The notes below the pieces were generated by a model. It had not been told where the DNA came from, made no database searches, and saw only the letters and a list, made by a program, of their open reading frames with translations. Shown here in pieces: positions 8,394-16,847 of a DNA stretch of 64,000 nucleotides. Source of the DNA: an uncultured Thermoplasmatales archaeon (lineage in GTDB: Archaea > Thermoplasmatota > SW-10-69-26 > JACQPN01 > CAZDGP01); NCBI GenBank assembly GCA_964505085.1, contig CAZDGP010000002.1:32421-96420 (forward strand), given 5' to 3'. How positions within the stretch are numbered: position 1 is the first letter of the stretch; every line of letters begins with the position of its first letter. The position numbers and the translations under genes are program-made.

Positions 8394-8849
8394 TCAGTTG
8401 GGGGGGAGATTCACCTTCTCGAGCCAGAAGCCCTCGATGTACCGGACGAGGTCCATGAACTGGTCGAGGTCGACGGGTTTGGTGATGTAGCAGTTCGCGT
8501 GCAGGTCGTACGCGTTCACGATGTCGGACTCGGCTTCGCTGGTGGTGAGCACCACCACGGGGATGCGGCGGAGGTCGGGGTCGGCCTTCATCTCCGCCAG
8601 GACCTCCCGCCCGTCCTTCTTGGGCAGGTTGAGGTCCAGGAGCACGAGGTCGGGGTGTGGGGCGTCGGTGTACCCGTCGCCCTGCTCGAGGAAGGCCATG
8701 GCCTCCTCGCCGTCGGCGGCCACGTGGAGGTCCAGCGGGAGCTTCCCCTCCGCTAGCGCCTCCTTGGTCAGCCGCACATCACCCGGGTTGTCCTCCACGA
8801 GGAGGATGCATTTCGGTTCCCCTTGTCCCTTCAAGTTGTTCGACCCCAT
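8394..8849 (-). CDS. Single-domain response regulator (CheY-like receiver).
   Basis: [27 protein letters not shown] receiver motifs. 151 aa. Confidence 0.85.
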   Translation of the reverse strand: MGSNNLKGQGEPKCILLVEDNPGDVRLTKEALAEGKLPLDLHVAADGEEAMAFLEQGDGYTDAPHPDLVLLDLNLPKKDGREVLAEMKADPDLRRIPVVVLTTSEAESDIVNAYDLHANCYITKPVDLDQFMDLVRYIEGFWLEKVNLPPN

Positions 8850-9089
8850 GGTGCCGTTCGTCTGCGCAGGTGCTTCGCCCCGTGCACGAGCAGGTGCCCG
8901 GGTGCACCCGACCCAGCCCGAAGCCGCTTCGGCACTTGTGCTTCCGCCTATTTAGGGCTTCCCTCATGGACCCTTGCCCATGCGGACCTTCAACACCCCT
9001 AGGGGAGAGTCCCTGGGTTTCAAGTAGGGGAAGCGACCGTTTTCCGGTACGTCCGCGGGGGTGTCGGAGCGCTCCCGGGAGGTTGGTCC

Positions 9090-9674
9090 ATGATCGAAGA
9101 AGGAAGGAACCCCCAGTCCGTCGAGGCGGGAGCGGAACCCCGCCCGGGGGCTCAAGGATCCTCCGGTTGGCGGAGGGTCCGAGACAGGTTCCTCACCCTC
9201 TTCACACGGCGCATGGGCGAGGGGGGAAGCCACGGCTTCGGGGACGATCACGACGCCCGCTTCCTCGCCGCCCTCACGGACCTCGAACCGGCCGACGCTT
9301 CCGGCAACCTCTCAGCTGCGTTGTGGGACCTGGGTCACGCAGCCGGCACGCACGTGTACGGTGTGCACGTGGTCGAGGATGACCTGGCCGAGGCCCTGGC
9401 GGGTCTCTCCCACCAGGTGGAGGCCACGGGGCTCGGTGTGCTCGAGGAGGTGGACCGGTTCCACCGAAGCGTGGACGTCGAGCTCGAACCATCCCGCGAG
9501 GTGGCGAACGCGTTCCACGGCTGGGTGGACGCGTACGTCGGCGGGCTCCTCGAGGGGAGCATCGCACGCGGGTTCAACGTGAACGTGCATGTGGAGACGC
9601 GGGACGTCCACGTCTTCCACATGGAACTGCAGGGGGGTCCCGAGGGGCCCCAGGAGCTTTCGCATGGTCGGTGA
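9090..9674 (+). CDS. Hypothetical protein, first gene of the pilus/GTPase locus.
   Basis: ATG preceded by a GGGAGGT SD-like sequence 7 nt upstream. The stop overlaps the next start (ATGGTCGGTGA). The C-terminal two-thirds is acidic and protein-like; no recognisable domain. The N-terminal 40 aa is Arg-rich, so the true start may be internal. Confidence 0.45.
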   Translation: MIEEGRNPQSVEAGAEPRPGAQGSSGWRRVRDRFLTLFTRRMGEGGSHGFGDDHDARFLAALTDLEPADASGNLSAALWDLGHAAGTHVYGVHVVEDDLAEALAGLSHQVEATGLGVLEEVDRFHRSVDVELEPSREVANAFHGWVDAYVGGLLEGSIARGFNVNVHVETRDVHVFHMELQGGPEGPQELSHGR

Positions 9675-10056
9675 AGCCAAGGAAAGGTTGGGTCAGATCC
9701 TCGACGGCCATCTGGGGTCAGACGGGGTGCTGGGAACGAGCCTCGTGAGCCGCGACGGCATCCCCGTGCTCTCCCGCTTGACGGAGCGCATGGAGGATAT
9801 GCCCTTCAGCCTCCTCGTGGAGGGCGCCATGGCCGCCACCCTCATGGGTGCGGCCGAGGTGGCGGTGCAGGAGGTGGGTGGCGGTCCTCCCCGCCGTGTC
9901 GTGGTGGAGACCGAGAAGGTGAACATGGTCCTCGTGGGCGTGAGCAACGACCTCATCCTCGTCACGGTGGCGGAGTCCGCCGCTGAGCTCGGGGAGCTGA
10001 TGAGGGCCGTTGGCGTCGCCGCCGAGGACGTGGCGGAGGCGGTGGCGTCAGCGTGA
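9664..10056 (+). CDS. Roadblock/LC7 domain protein (MglB-like).
   Basis: MVGEAKERLGQILDGHLGSDGVLGTSLVSRDGIPVLSRL..SLLVEGAMAATLMGAAE..VNMVLVGVSNDLILVTV is a typical Roadblock/LC7 profile. Translationally coupled to its neighbours. Confidence 0.75.
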   Translation: MVGEAKERLGQILDGHLGSDGVLGTSLVSRDGIPVLSRLTERMEDMPFSLLVEGAMAATLMGAAEVAVQEVGGGPPRRVVVETEKVNMVLVGVSNDLILVTVAESAAELGELMRAVGVAAEDVAEAVASA

Positions 10057-11279
10057 CCCCCCAGGCTTCCGCGGACGCGGTGTCCGCCATGGGCGTGGAG
10101 CAGCTCGATCGACTCATCGCGCCCCTTCCCCGAGGCTCCCGTGTGCTCATCAGCAACGAGCCGGGGGTGGAGGGTGAGCCCTTCCTCTACCAGGCCGCGA
10201 GCCACCACGTGGAGGGCGGAGGCGACGTGGTGTACGTCGTGACGAACCGTCCGCCGGAGAGCATCCTCCGGAGCATGAGCGAGTTCGACCTGGCTCCCGA
10301 TCACGATCACGTGCATTTCATCGACGCGTACTCCCCCGGGCTCGGGCTCACGGGGGACGCGGAGTTCCCCGTCATGGAGCCCTCGAACCCGGGCGCCTTC
10401 GTGGAGGCCGTGGAGGCCGCCGCGGAGAAGTACCCCGACGCGCTCCTCATCGTCGACAGCCTAAGTCACCTCCTGGACCATGGCACCATGGAGGAGGTCG
10501 AGGGCTACCTGCCGCGGCTCGCGTCGGCCATGGGCGTCTTCCAGCTTGCCATCGCGCTCTTCATCGCGTGGCCCTACGAGGAGGACCTCACGGGGTTCCA
10601 CGAGATCTTCGACTCCGTCGTGACCCTCCACGGCGTCGAGGGACGCATCCTGCTCAGCCAGTACTTCCAGGTGGACCGCGCGGACTGGGTGGAGGACCTT
10701 GACACCCGGCCGCGCCTCTACAAAGCTATCCGACCCGGGGGAATCTACGTGTACATCCCGAAGATCGTCATCACGGGCCCGTACAACGCGGGCAAGTCCA
10801 CGTTCGTCAACAGCGTCAGCGATTCAAGCGTCAGCGTGGACCGTCTCGGGACCACGGTGGCCATGGACCACGGTCACGTGGAGGTGGACGGCATCGTGGT
10901 GGACCTCTTCGGCACCCCCGGCCAATCCCGCTTCGACCCCATCCTCGAGACCATCGGGGAGCGGGGTCTCGGCGTCCTCGTCATCGTGGACGCCACCCGT
11001 CCCGACGCCTTCCCCCGAGCCCAGGAGATGCTGGAGGCGTTGTGGCGCTACGGCACCCCGGCCCTCGTGGTGGCGAACAAGCAGGACCTGCCGGGGGCGT
11101 TGACACCCGAGGAGGTCCGGGAGCAACTGGACCTCCCCCCGAACGTGGGGGTCGTCGGTTGCGTGGGCGAGGAGCCCGAGAGCGCCCGGGAGGTGCTCTC
11201 GTCCCTCATCGAGGAGGTGCTGAGCTCCAGCGCCTTCGCTGGAGGCCTGGAGGAGGGTCACGAGGGGGTGGTCGCGTGA
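10053..11279 (+). CDS. Fusion of a degenerate KaiC/RecA-like pseudo-ATPase domain (N-terminal) to a Ras-like small GTPase domain (C-terminal).
   Basis: The N-terminus has the KaiC-like layout (RLIAPLPRGSRVLISNEPGVEGEPF..) but the Walker A is degenerate, with no GK[ST]. The C-terminus has canonical G1 GPYNAGKST, a switch-I Thr, G3 DLFGTPGQ and G4 NKQD. The GTG start overlaps the upstream stop (GTGA). Confidence 0.8.
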   Translation: MTPQASADAVSAMGVEQLDRLIAPLPRGSRVLISNEPGVEGEPFLYQAASHHVEGGGDVVYVVTNRPPESILRSMSEFDLAPDHDHVHFIDAYSPGLGLTGDAEFPVMEPSNPGAFVEAVEAAAEKYPDALLIVDSLSHLLDHGTMEEVEGYLPRLASAMGVFQLAIALFIAWPYEEDLTGFHEIFDSVVTLHGVEGRILLSQYFQVDRADWVEDLDTRPRLYKAIRPGGIYVYIPKIVITGPYNAGKSTFVNSVSDSSVSVDRLGTTVAMDHGHVEVDGIVVDLFGTPGQSRFDPILETIGERGLGVLVIVDATRPDAFPRAQEMLEALWRYGTPALVVANKQDLPGALTPEEVREQLDLPPNVGVVGCVGEEPESAREVLSSLIEEVLSSSAFAGGLEEGHEGVVA

Positions 11280-12022
11280 GCGGCAACGACGGGTCCCTCG
11301 TTGGCCTCGGTGTACCCCGGCTGGACGAGCTTCTGGGCGGCGGCATCCCCGGCGGCACCACGGCCCTCGCCTACGGTCCCCCGTACTGCGGGAAGACCCT
11401 CCTGGGGCGGTTGTTCCTCCTGGATGGGCTCCACCGCGGTGAGGCCGTCCTCATCGTCCTCACCGACGACACCGCAGAGGATGTGGCCGAGGAGCTCACG
11501 CGCATGGACAGCGAGTTCCCGCGCTTCGAGGACCAGGGCCTCGTGCACTACGTGGACCTCTACAGCTTCCTGCTGGGCCCCGACGTGGCCAAGCGGAAGA
11601 ACGCGGAGTACGTGGAGGGCCCCACCGACCTGAACACGGCGCTCATGGCGGTGAACGCGGCGGAGCGACGCATCCTCAAGGCCACCGAGAAGCACAGGCT
11701 CCTCTTCGACAGCGTGAGCACCCTCATGGTGCACAACAACGCCCAGACGGCCTTCCGGTTCCTCCAGCTATTCCTGGGGCGGGCCCGGCAGGCCGGCGCC
11801 ACGAACCTCCTGCTCCTGGAGCGGGGGGTCCACGAGGAGAACGAGGTGGAGCTTGCCAAGACCCTTAGCCGGGGCCTCATCGAGATGCGTACCGACGAGG
11901 ACAAGCACCAGCTCCGTGTGCAGGGCTTCCGGTCGAACCAGAACACCTCCTGGGTGGACTACACCTTCGACGACACGAGCTTCGATGTCACAGGGAGCTT
12001 CGCGGCGGGTAGAATCAAGTAG
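11276..12022 (+). CDS. KaiC/FlaH-like ATPase (RAD55/KaiC family), intact Walker A.
   Basis: VSGNDGSLVGLGVPRLDELLGGGIPGGTTALAYGPPYCGKTLLG..LIVLTDD. The GTG start overlaps the upstream stop. The track ORF 11042-12022 over-extends into the previous gene. Confidence 0.8.
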   Translation: MSGNDGSLVGLGVPRLDELLGGGIPGGTTALAYGPPYCGKTLLGRLFLLDGLHRGEAVLIVLTDDTAEDVAEELTRMDSEFPRFEDQGLVHYVDLYSFLLGPDVAKRKNAEYVEGPTDLNTALMAVNAAERRILKATEKHRLLFDSVSTLMVHNNAQTAFRFLQLFLGRARQAGATNLLLLERGVHEENEVELAKTLSRGLIEMRTDEDKHQLRVQGFRSNQNTSWVDYTFDDTSFDVTGSFAAGRIK

Positions 12023-12103
12023 TTGATATACCGGGATAGCCGAAAGGAGCCACGCGGGCGAGTTCTATCGTCTCGAGGCGATGGCCCTCGGCCCACGAAC
12101 ACC

Positions 12104-13390
12104 ATGCATCCCCACCAACCCAGGAAGGACCGGCGGCACCGCGACGCCCAACGCTTCAGCGCCACCGACGGGGCCGTCTCGGACATCGTGGGGGAGATCC
12201 TCATGACGGCGATCTTCATCGTCGTCTTCTCGGCAGCTGGCGTCACGCTCCTCACCCGCGCCCCCCCGGAGGACCTCGTCCACGCCGACATCCAGGCGGA
12301 GAACCGGTCCACCCTGCGCCTCGTCCACGTGGGCGGGGAGCGTTTGGACGTGGACGGGTCCGACATCATCCTGGACCTCGACGGCACCGAGGAGCGCCAC
12401 GCGCTCTCGACGTACGCTTACGCGTTCCAGGATGACTCACCGGATCATTGGGACCCCGCGGAGCGCCTGTGCGTCTCCTGCGAGTTCCCCGGCCAGGTCA
12501 TCCTCTCCGTGGAGGTGGTGACGGAGCGCCAGACCGTGATGTCGTGGCTTGGTCGTTACGAGCCGGTGAACGCCACCGGCGGCGTCTTCGACCCCGGCTT
12601 CGCCTACGAGGACGTGGGCAACGATGCCCTCTACGTGGAGGGCACGGACGCGAGCATCGCGAACGCCGACGTGCACGATGGCACGTACACGGTGAGCAAC
12701 GCGAGCCGCGGCCTCGTCATCCCCCCGTCCGTGGGGGACATCCAGCGCTCCGGCGGGCCCGTGGAGTTCATCGCCGGTGGCAACGTTCGGATCGACGTGG
12801 ACCTCACGTCCGGGGACCGGCGCGTGCTCCTCCGGAGCTCCGGGGGCAACGTCTCGGCCTTCGGCGTCACCGTCTCCAGCGCGCGGGAGCTCCTGGTGCA
12901 GGCGCCCTCGGGTCACGTGGACGTCCACAGCTCCACCATCGCCTCCACGGAAGAGCACGTGCGCGTGGACGCCGGCACCGGCATCGACGCCGACGGTTCC
13001 ACCTTCACCCTCACCACCGGGAAGCACATCGAGCTCGTGACAGCCGCGGGGGACCTCCGGGCGAAGGGCGCCACCCTCCAGGCGAGCAACGAGCACGTGG
13101 TCCTCCAGGTGAACGGCACCGGGAACGTCCTCGCGAACGCGTCCACCCTCCAGGCTGAGAAGCGCCTGGAGCTCACCACGGGCGACGGGGACCTCTGGAT
13201 CAGGAACGGCACCGTCACCTCCGAGGATGAGTTCATCCGGTTCGACGTGGGCGCGTCCACGAACACCGCCCACGTGGAGGGCCTGGACATCAGCGAACCG
13301 AACGACGACGGAGCCGTCTCGTTGTGCCCCAGCGGCGCCAACGTGGACGGAACCCCCGACACCGGGAGCGTGGACAACACATGCAGCTGA
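12104..13390 (+). CDS. Pilin-like protein with an archaeal type IV pilin N-terminal domain (class III signal peptide).
   Basis: N-terminus ..RDAQRFSATDG|AVSDIVGEILMTAIFIVVFSAAGVTLL matches the Pilin_N (RAVSPVIGVILMVAITV-like) hallmark. 428 aa, Thr/Ser/Gly/Asp-rich beta-type sequence. Confidence 0.7.
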   Translation: MHPHQPRKDRRHRDAQRFSATDGAVSDIVGEILMTAIFIVVFSAAGVTLLTRAPPEDLVHADIQAENRSTLRLVHVGGERLDVDGSDIILDLDGTEERHALSTYAYAFQDDSPDHWDPAERLCVSCEFPGQVILSVEVVTERQTVMSWLGRYEPVNATGGVFDPGFAYEDVGNDALYVEGTDASIANADVHDGTYTVSNASRGLVIPPSVGDIQRSGGPVEFIAGGNVRIDVDLTSGDRRVLLRSSGGNVSAFGVTVSSARELLVQAPSGHVDVHSSTIASTEEHVRVDAGTGIDADGSTFTLTTGKHIELVTAAGDLRAKGATLQASNEHVVLQVNGTGNVLANASTLQAEKRLELTTGDGDLWIRNGTVTSEDEFIRFDVGASTNTAHVEGLDISEPNDDGAVSLCPSGANVDGTPDTGSVDNTCS

Positions 13391-15348
13391 CCCCCGTCCC
13401 ATCCCGGCTCGGTCCACGTGACGGTGCCGTGTCGGACGTCATCAGCAACATCCTCATGGTGGCCATCACGGTGCTCCTCATCGGGAGCCTCGCCCTCTCC
13501 ATCCCCCTGGTCCTCGGGGATCCCGGGGAGGCCCTCAACGCTGACCTGCGCGCCTCCAACACCGGCACCTCCATGCGCGTCGCCCACGTGGGCGGGGAGC
13601 ACGTGGACGAGGGCCAGATGCGGATCTCCGTCACACGGGACGGGTCCACCACCACCGAGCCTCTGAGCGCCTTCGCCGGGTGCGTGACGGGCGGGGACGG
13701 CCTGAGCGATGGCCTCTGGTCCGTGGGCGAGACCCTGGACGTCACGTGCCGGTACGCGGGCCAGAACACCACCATCAGCGCCGTGATCCTCGTGGGTTAC
13801 GACGCCATCCAGGTGGACTGGTCCGGCGCCGTCATCCTGGGGACCGGGAGCCCCGGGAACACCGCGCCCGTGGCCGACGCCAACGGGCCCTACACCCTGG
13901 ACGAGGGGAGCTCCAAGACCCTCGACGGGACGAACACCACGGACGACGACGGCGACCCCCTCACGGTCTCCTGGACCTTCGTGGGGGACAACCAGGGCGC
14001 CACCCTCACCGACGAGGACACCCTCACCCCCACCTTCACCGCGCCCGGGAACGTGGACGGGGACAAGATCGTGACGGTGAAGCTCACCGTGGACGACGGG
14101 AACATCACCGACACCGACCGGACCACCGTCACCATCCTGGACGCCGACGGAAGCGGGAACGCGCCTCCGGAGGCGGACGCGGGCGGGCCCTACAGCGTGA
14201 ACGAGGAGGAGTCCATCCTCCTGGACGGGACGGGAAGCGACGACCCCGACGGCGACAGCCTCACCTTCGAGTGGACCATCACCGGTGACGCCCACGGGGG
14301 TGTCCTCACCGACGCCACCACCGCCACACCCACCTTCGAGTCCACCACGAACGTGGACGGGGACAAGTCCGTCACGGTGCGGGTGAACGTGAGCGACGGG
14401 AACGGCGGCACCGACAGCGACCAGACCACCGTCACCATCGTGGACGCCGACGGGTCCGGCGGGGGCGTCAGCCACACCTACGTCGATTGCCCCATGAGCG
14501 CCACCACCGGCACGGTCTCGAACTGCAGCAACGCGCGGTCCGACTCCGACGGCGGCGCCTCCGCGGTCCTCACCGAGGAATCCACCAGCACCTCCACCAC
14601 GAGCAAGTACGACGCCGACACCCTCGTGAGCTCCACGTCCGTCACCGACCCCTCCAACGTGCTCGTCTCCGACGACGCCCGGGCGGACTTCACGAGCACC
14701 TCCAGCACGCTCGAGGTCACGGGCTTCGACCTGCCCGACGACGCCACGGGCGTGACCAGCGTCGTCATCGGGTTCGAGGCTCGGAAGGACCAGGGCGGCG
14801 GGCAGAACCCCACGCTGGAGCTCACGTACGATGTGGGCGGCACCGCGGGGTCCACGGGCCTCTCCACCACCGTCTCCACCACGTCCGACGCGGCCCACAC
14901 GGTGAACGTCACCGGGGACCGATCCTGGACCGTCGCCGACGTGGAGGACATCTCCCTCACCCTCGAGATGACGGACCAGCAGAACCGGGTCGCGGAGGTG
15001 GACCACGTCTTCGTCACCGTCCGCACCGAGAGCGGGGACGAGTACAACCTCCTCGTGGAGGGGAGCTTCTCCAGCGTGCCCGACGGCACCACGCACCTCC
15101 TGCAGATCCGGTACCACATCGACAGCGACGCCGACGCCGACACCTTCGACGTGGAGGTGTGGGACGGGTCCACCTGGAACGACCGCGGGGACCTCACGTC
15201 CACGAGCTTCGACACCTTCGAGTACACCTTGACCGCCGGCGAGTGGCAAAGCGGCTTCCCGCAGGTCCGCTTCGTGGACAAGATCCCAGATGACCCCGAC
15301 GGCGCGCATTCCCTCACCATCGATTACCTCCGGGTGGAATCCTCATGA
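13381..15348 (+). CDS. Large pilin-like adhesin: Pilin_N-type N-terminus plus two PKD-like repeats and a Thr/Ser-rich region.
   Basis: MQLTPVPSRLGPRDG|AVSDVISNILMVAITVLLIG. Two repeats of ..A(D/N)AGGPY(T/S)(L/V)(D/N)E..LDGT.S.D.DGD.L...W.. TVTI(L/V)DADGSG look PKD-like. The start overlaps the previous stop (ATGCAGCTGA). Confidence 0.75.
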   Translation: MQLTPVPSRLGPRDGAVSDVISNILMVAITVLLIGSLALSIPLVLGDPGEALNADLRASNTGTSMRVAHVGGEHVDEGQMRISVTRDGSTTTEPLSAFAGCVTGGDGLSDGLWSVGETLDVTCRYAGQNTTISAVILVGYDAIQVDWSGAVILGTGSPGNTAPVADANGPYTLDEGSSKTLDGTNTTDDDGDPLTVSWTFVGDNQGATLTDEDTLTPTFTAPGNVDGDKIVTVKLTVDDGNITDTDRTTVTILDADGSGNAPPEADAGGPYSVNEEESILLDGTGSDDPDGDSLTFEWTITGDAHGGVLTDATTATPTFESTTNVDGDKSVTVRVNVSDGNGGTDSDQTTVTIVDADGSGGGVSHTYVDCPMSATTGTVSNCSNARSDSDGGASAVLTEESTSTSTTSKYDADTLVSSTSVTDPSNVLVSDDARADFTSTSSTLEVTGFDLPDDATGVTSVVIGFEARKDQGGGQNPTLELTYDVGGTAGSTGLSTTVSTTSDAAHTVNVTGDRSWTVADVEDISLTLEMTDQQNRVAEVDHVFVTVRTESGDEYNLLVEGSFSSVPDGTTHLLQIRYHIDSDADADTFDVEVWDGSTWNDRGDLTSTSFDTFEYTLTAGEWQSGFPQVRFVDKIPDDPDGAHSLTIDYLRVESS

Positions 15349-16730
15349 AGTCCAACCGCCATGCACGATCCCGCAGCCTCCGAACCGACGACAGCGGCGT
15401 CGCCATCGTGGTGGGCGCCGTCCTCCTGGTGGGGCTCTTGGTGGCGAGCCTCGCCACCGTGAACCAGCTCTACGTTCCCAAGTGGGAGGAGGACAAGGAG
15501 GCCGCGCACATGCAGGAGGTGATGAGCCAGTTCGCGGCGCTCAAGGCCGTGCTGGACCAGCAGGCGAGCAACCGCACCGCGGGTACGGTGGCGAACCCCA
15601 TCAGCCTGGGGACCCAGTCCTCCGGTTTCTTCAGCCTCCCTGACGTGGCGGATTCCCTCCGGTTCAAGAAGGGCACGACCTCGGTGGAGGTGGAGTCACC
15701 GAACCTCCTCGTGCTCCAGGCGGACGGGACGAGCACCAGTGGCTCCCAGGAGGAGTGGGAGGGCGTGGAGGAGAACACCACGGTGGAGGACGTGGAGGAG
15801 ATCCGTTCCTTCCGCCTCCGCATCGACTGCATCGGGGTCCTCCCCTCGGGTTGTGCGAACGACGATGGCGACTCCATCACGGTGGAGGTTCGGGAGGCCG
15901 GCGGAAGCTTCGCCGGGGACTTCCGCGTGATGGTCAAGGACTACCCCAGCGGGTACACCGTGAACTTCCGCGTGCGGAACGCCGACGGCACGGTGGTGTA
16001 CGACCAGGGGGAGTCCTACTTCAACCAGGACGAGCAGGAGCCCTACTGGGTGAACCTCCTCCAGGATGACTTCCGCTTCGACCGGGTGCTCGACTCGGCG
16101 GAGACGCCCTTCAACGTGTCCCTGGTGGAATCCGGCCTCACGGGGGAGTACAGCCTCACGTACGTGCAAAAGACCGAGGATGGCGACAGCGTTCTCGTGG
16201 GCGGTGGGGGGGACGCCATCGCCAACTACACCCGGACGTTCAACGGTGGACGCCTCATGTACGAGTCGTCCAACCGCCACTTCCCGGACCAGACCCTCAT
16301 CCTGGAGAACGGTGGCCTCATCCTCACGCAGTCGGGGCGCTCCGTGTTCCGCGTGAGCCCCGACTTCAGCGTGAACCTCGTGGGGAACCGCACGGACCTG
16401 CGTCTCACCGTGCCCGTGACCACGGGTCCCGAGTCGGGGCTCAGCGGCTCCCGCACCTACACGGTGGAGACCACGCCCCAGATCACGCGGTCCCTCCAGG
16501 GGCAGACCGCCCGGTACTACGTGAACATCACCACGGAGTACGCCGACGTGTGGGCCGACATGTGGGAGGAGGAGCTCCGGGGTGCCGGCCTGGACCCCGC
16601 GTGGTACGACGTCACCGTCACGCCCACCCAGGCTCAACTCATGTTGGAGGGATCCTCCACCGAACCGGGGTACCGGGACATCACCGTGAGGTTCGGTCAG
16701 GGAAGCGTCAAGGCGGTGGTGACGGGATGA
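15345..16730 (+). CDS. Pilin-like protein (hydrophobic class-III-type N-terminus), large extracellular beta-rich domain.
   Basis: ..RSLRTDDSG|VAIVVGAVLLVGLLVASLATVNQ. ATGA overlap with the upstream gene. 461 aa. Confidence 0.65.
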   Translation: MKSNRHARSRSLRTDDSGVAIVVGAVLLVGLLVASLATVNQLYVPKWEEDKEAAHMQEVMSQFAALKAVLDQQASNRTAGTVANPISLGTQSSGFFSLPDVADSLRFKKGTTSVEVESPNLLVLQADGTSTSGSQEEWEGVEENTTVEDVEEIRSFRLRIDCIGVLPSGCANDDGDSITVEVREAGGSFAGDFRVMVKDYPSGYTVNFRVRNADGTVVYDQGESYFNQDEQEPYWVNLLQDDFRFDRVLDSAETPFNVSLVESGLTGEYSLTYVQKTEDGDSVLVGGGGDAIANYTRTFNGGRLMYESSNRHFPDQTLILENGGLILTQSGRSVFRVSPDFSVNLVGNRTDLRLTVPVTTGPESGLSGSRTYTVETTPQITRSLQGQTARYYVNITTEYADVWADMWEEELRGAGLDPAWYDVTVTPTQAQLMLEGSSTEPGYRDITVRFGQGSVKAVVTG

Positions 16731-16847
16731 TGCCTCCCATCCCGACCCGACCCTCCACGGACTGGGGGAACTATCCGGGGGGATTTATGGAGGGAGCGGC
16801 AGAGGGGGCTCCGGGAGTGACCACGCTGGCACGAGGGGTGACCTACC

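Noticed and set aside
9312-9680. Minus-strand ORFs opposite the 9090-9674 gene.
   Set aside because: Pro/Arg-rich composition. The plus-strand ORF has an SD-like GGGAGGT and is translationally coupled to the Roadblock gene.
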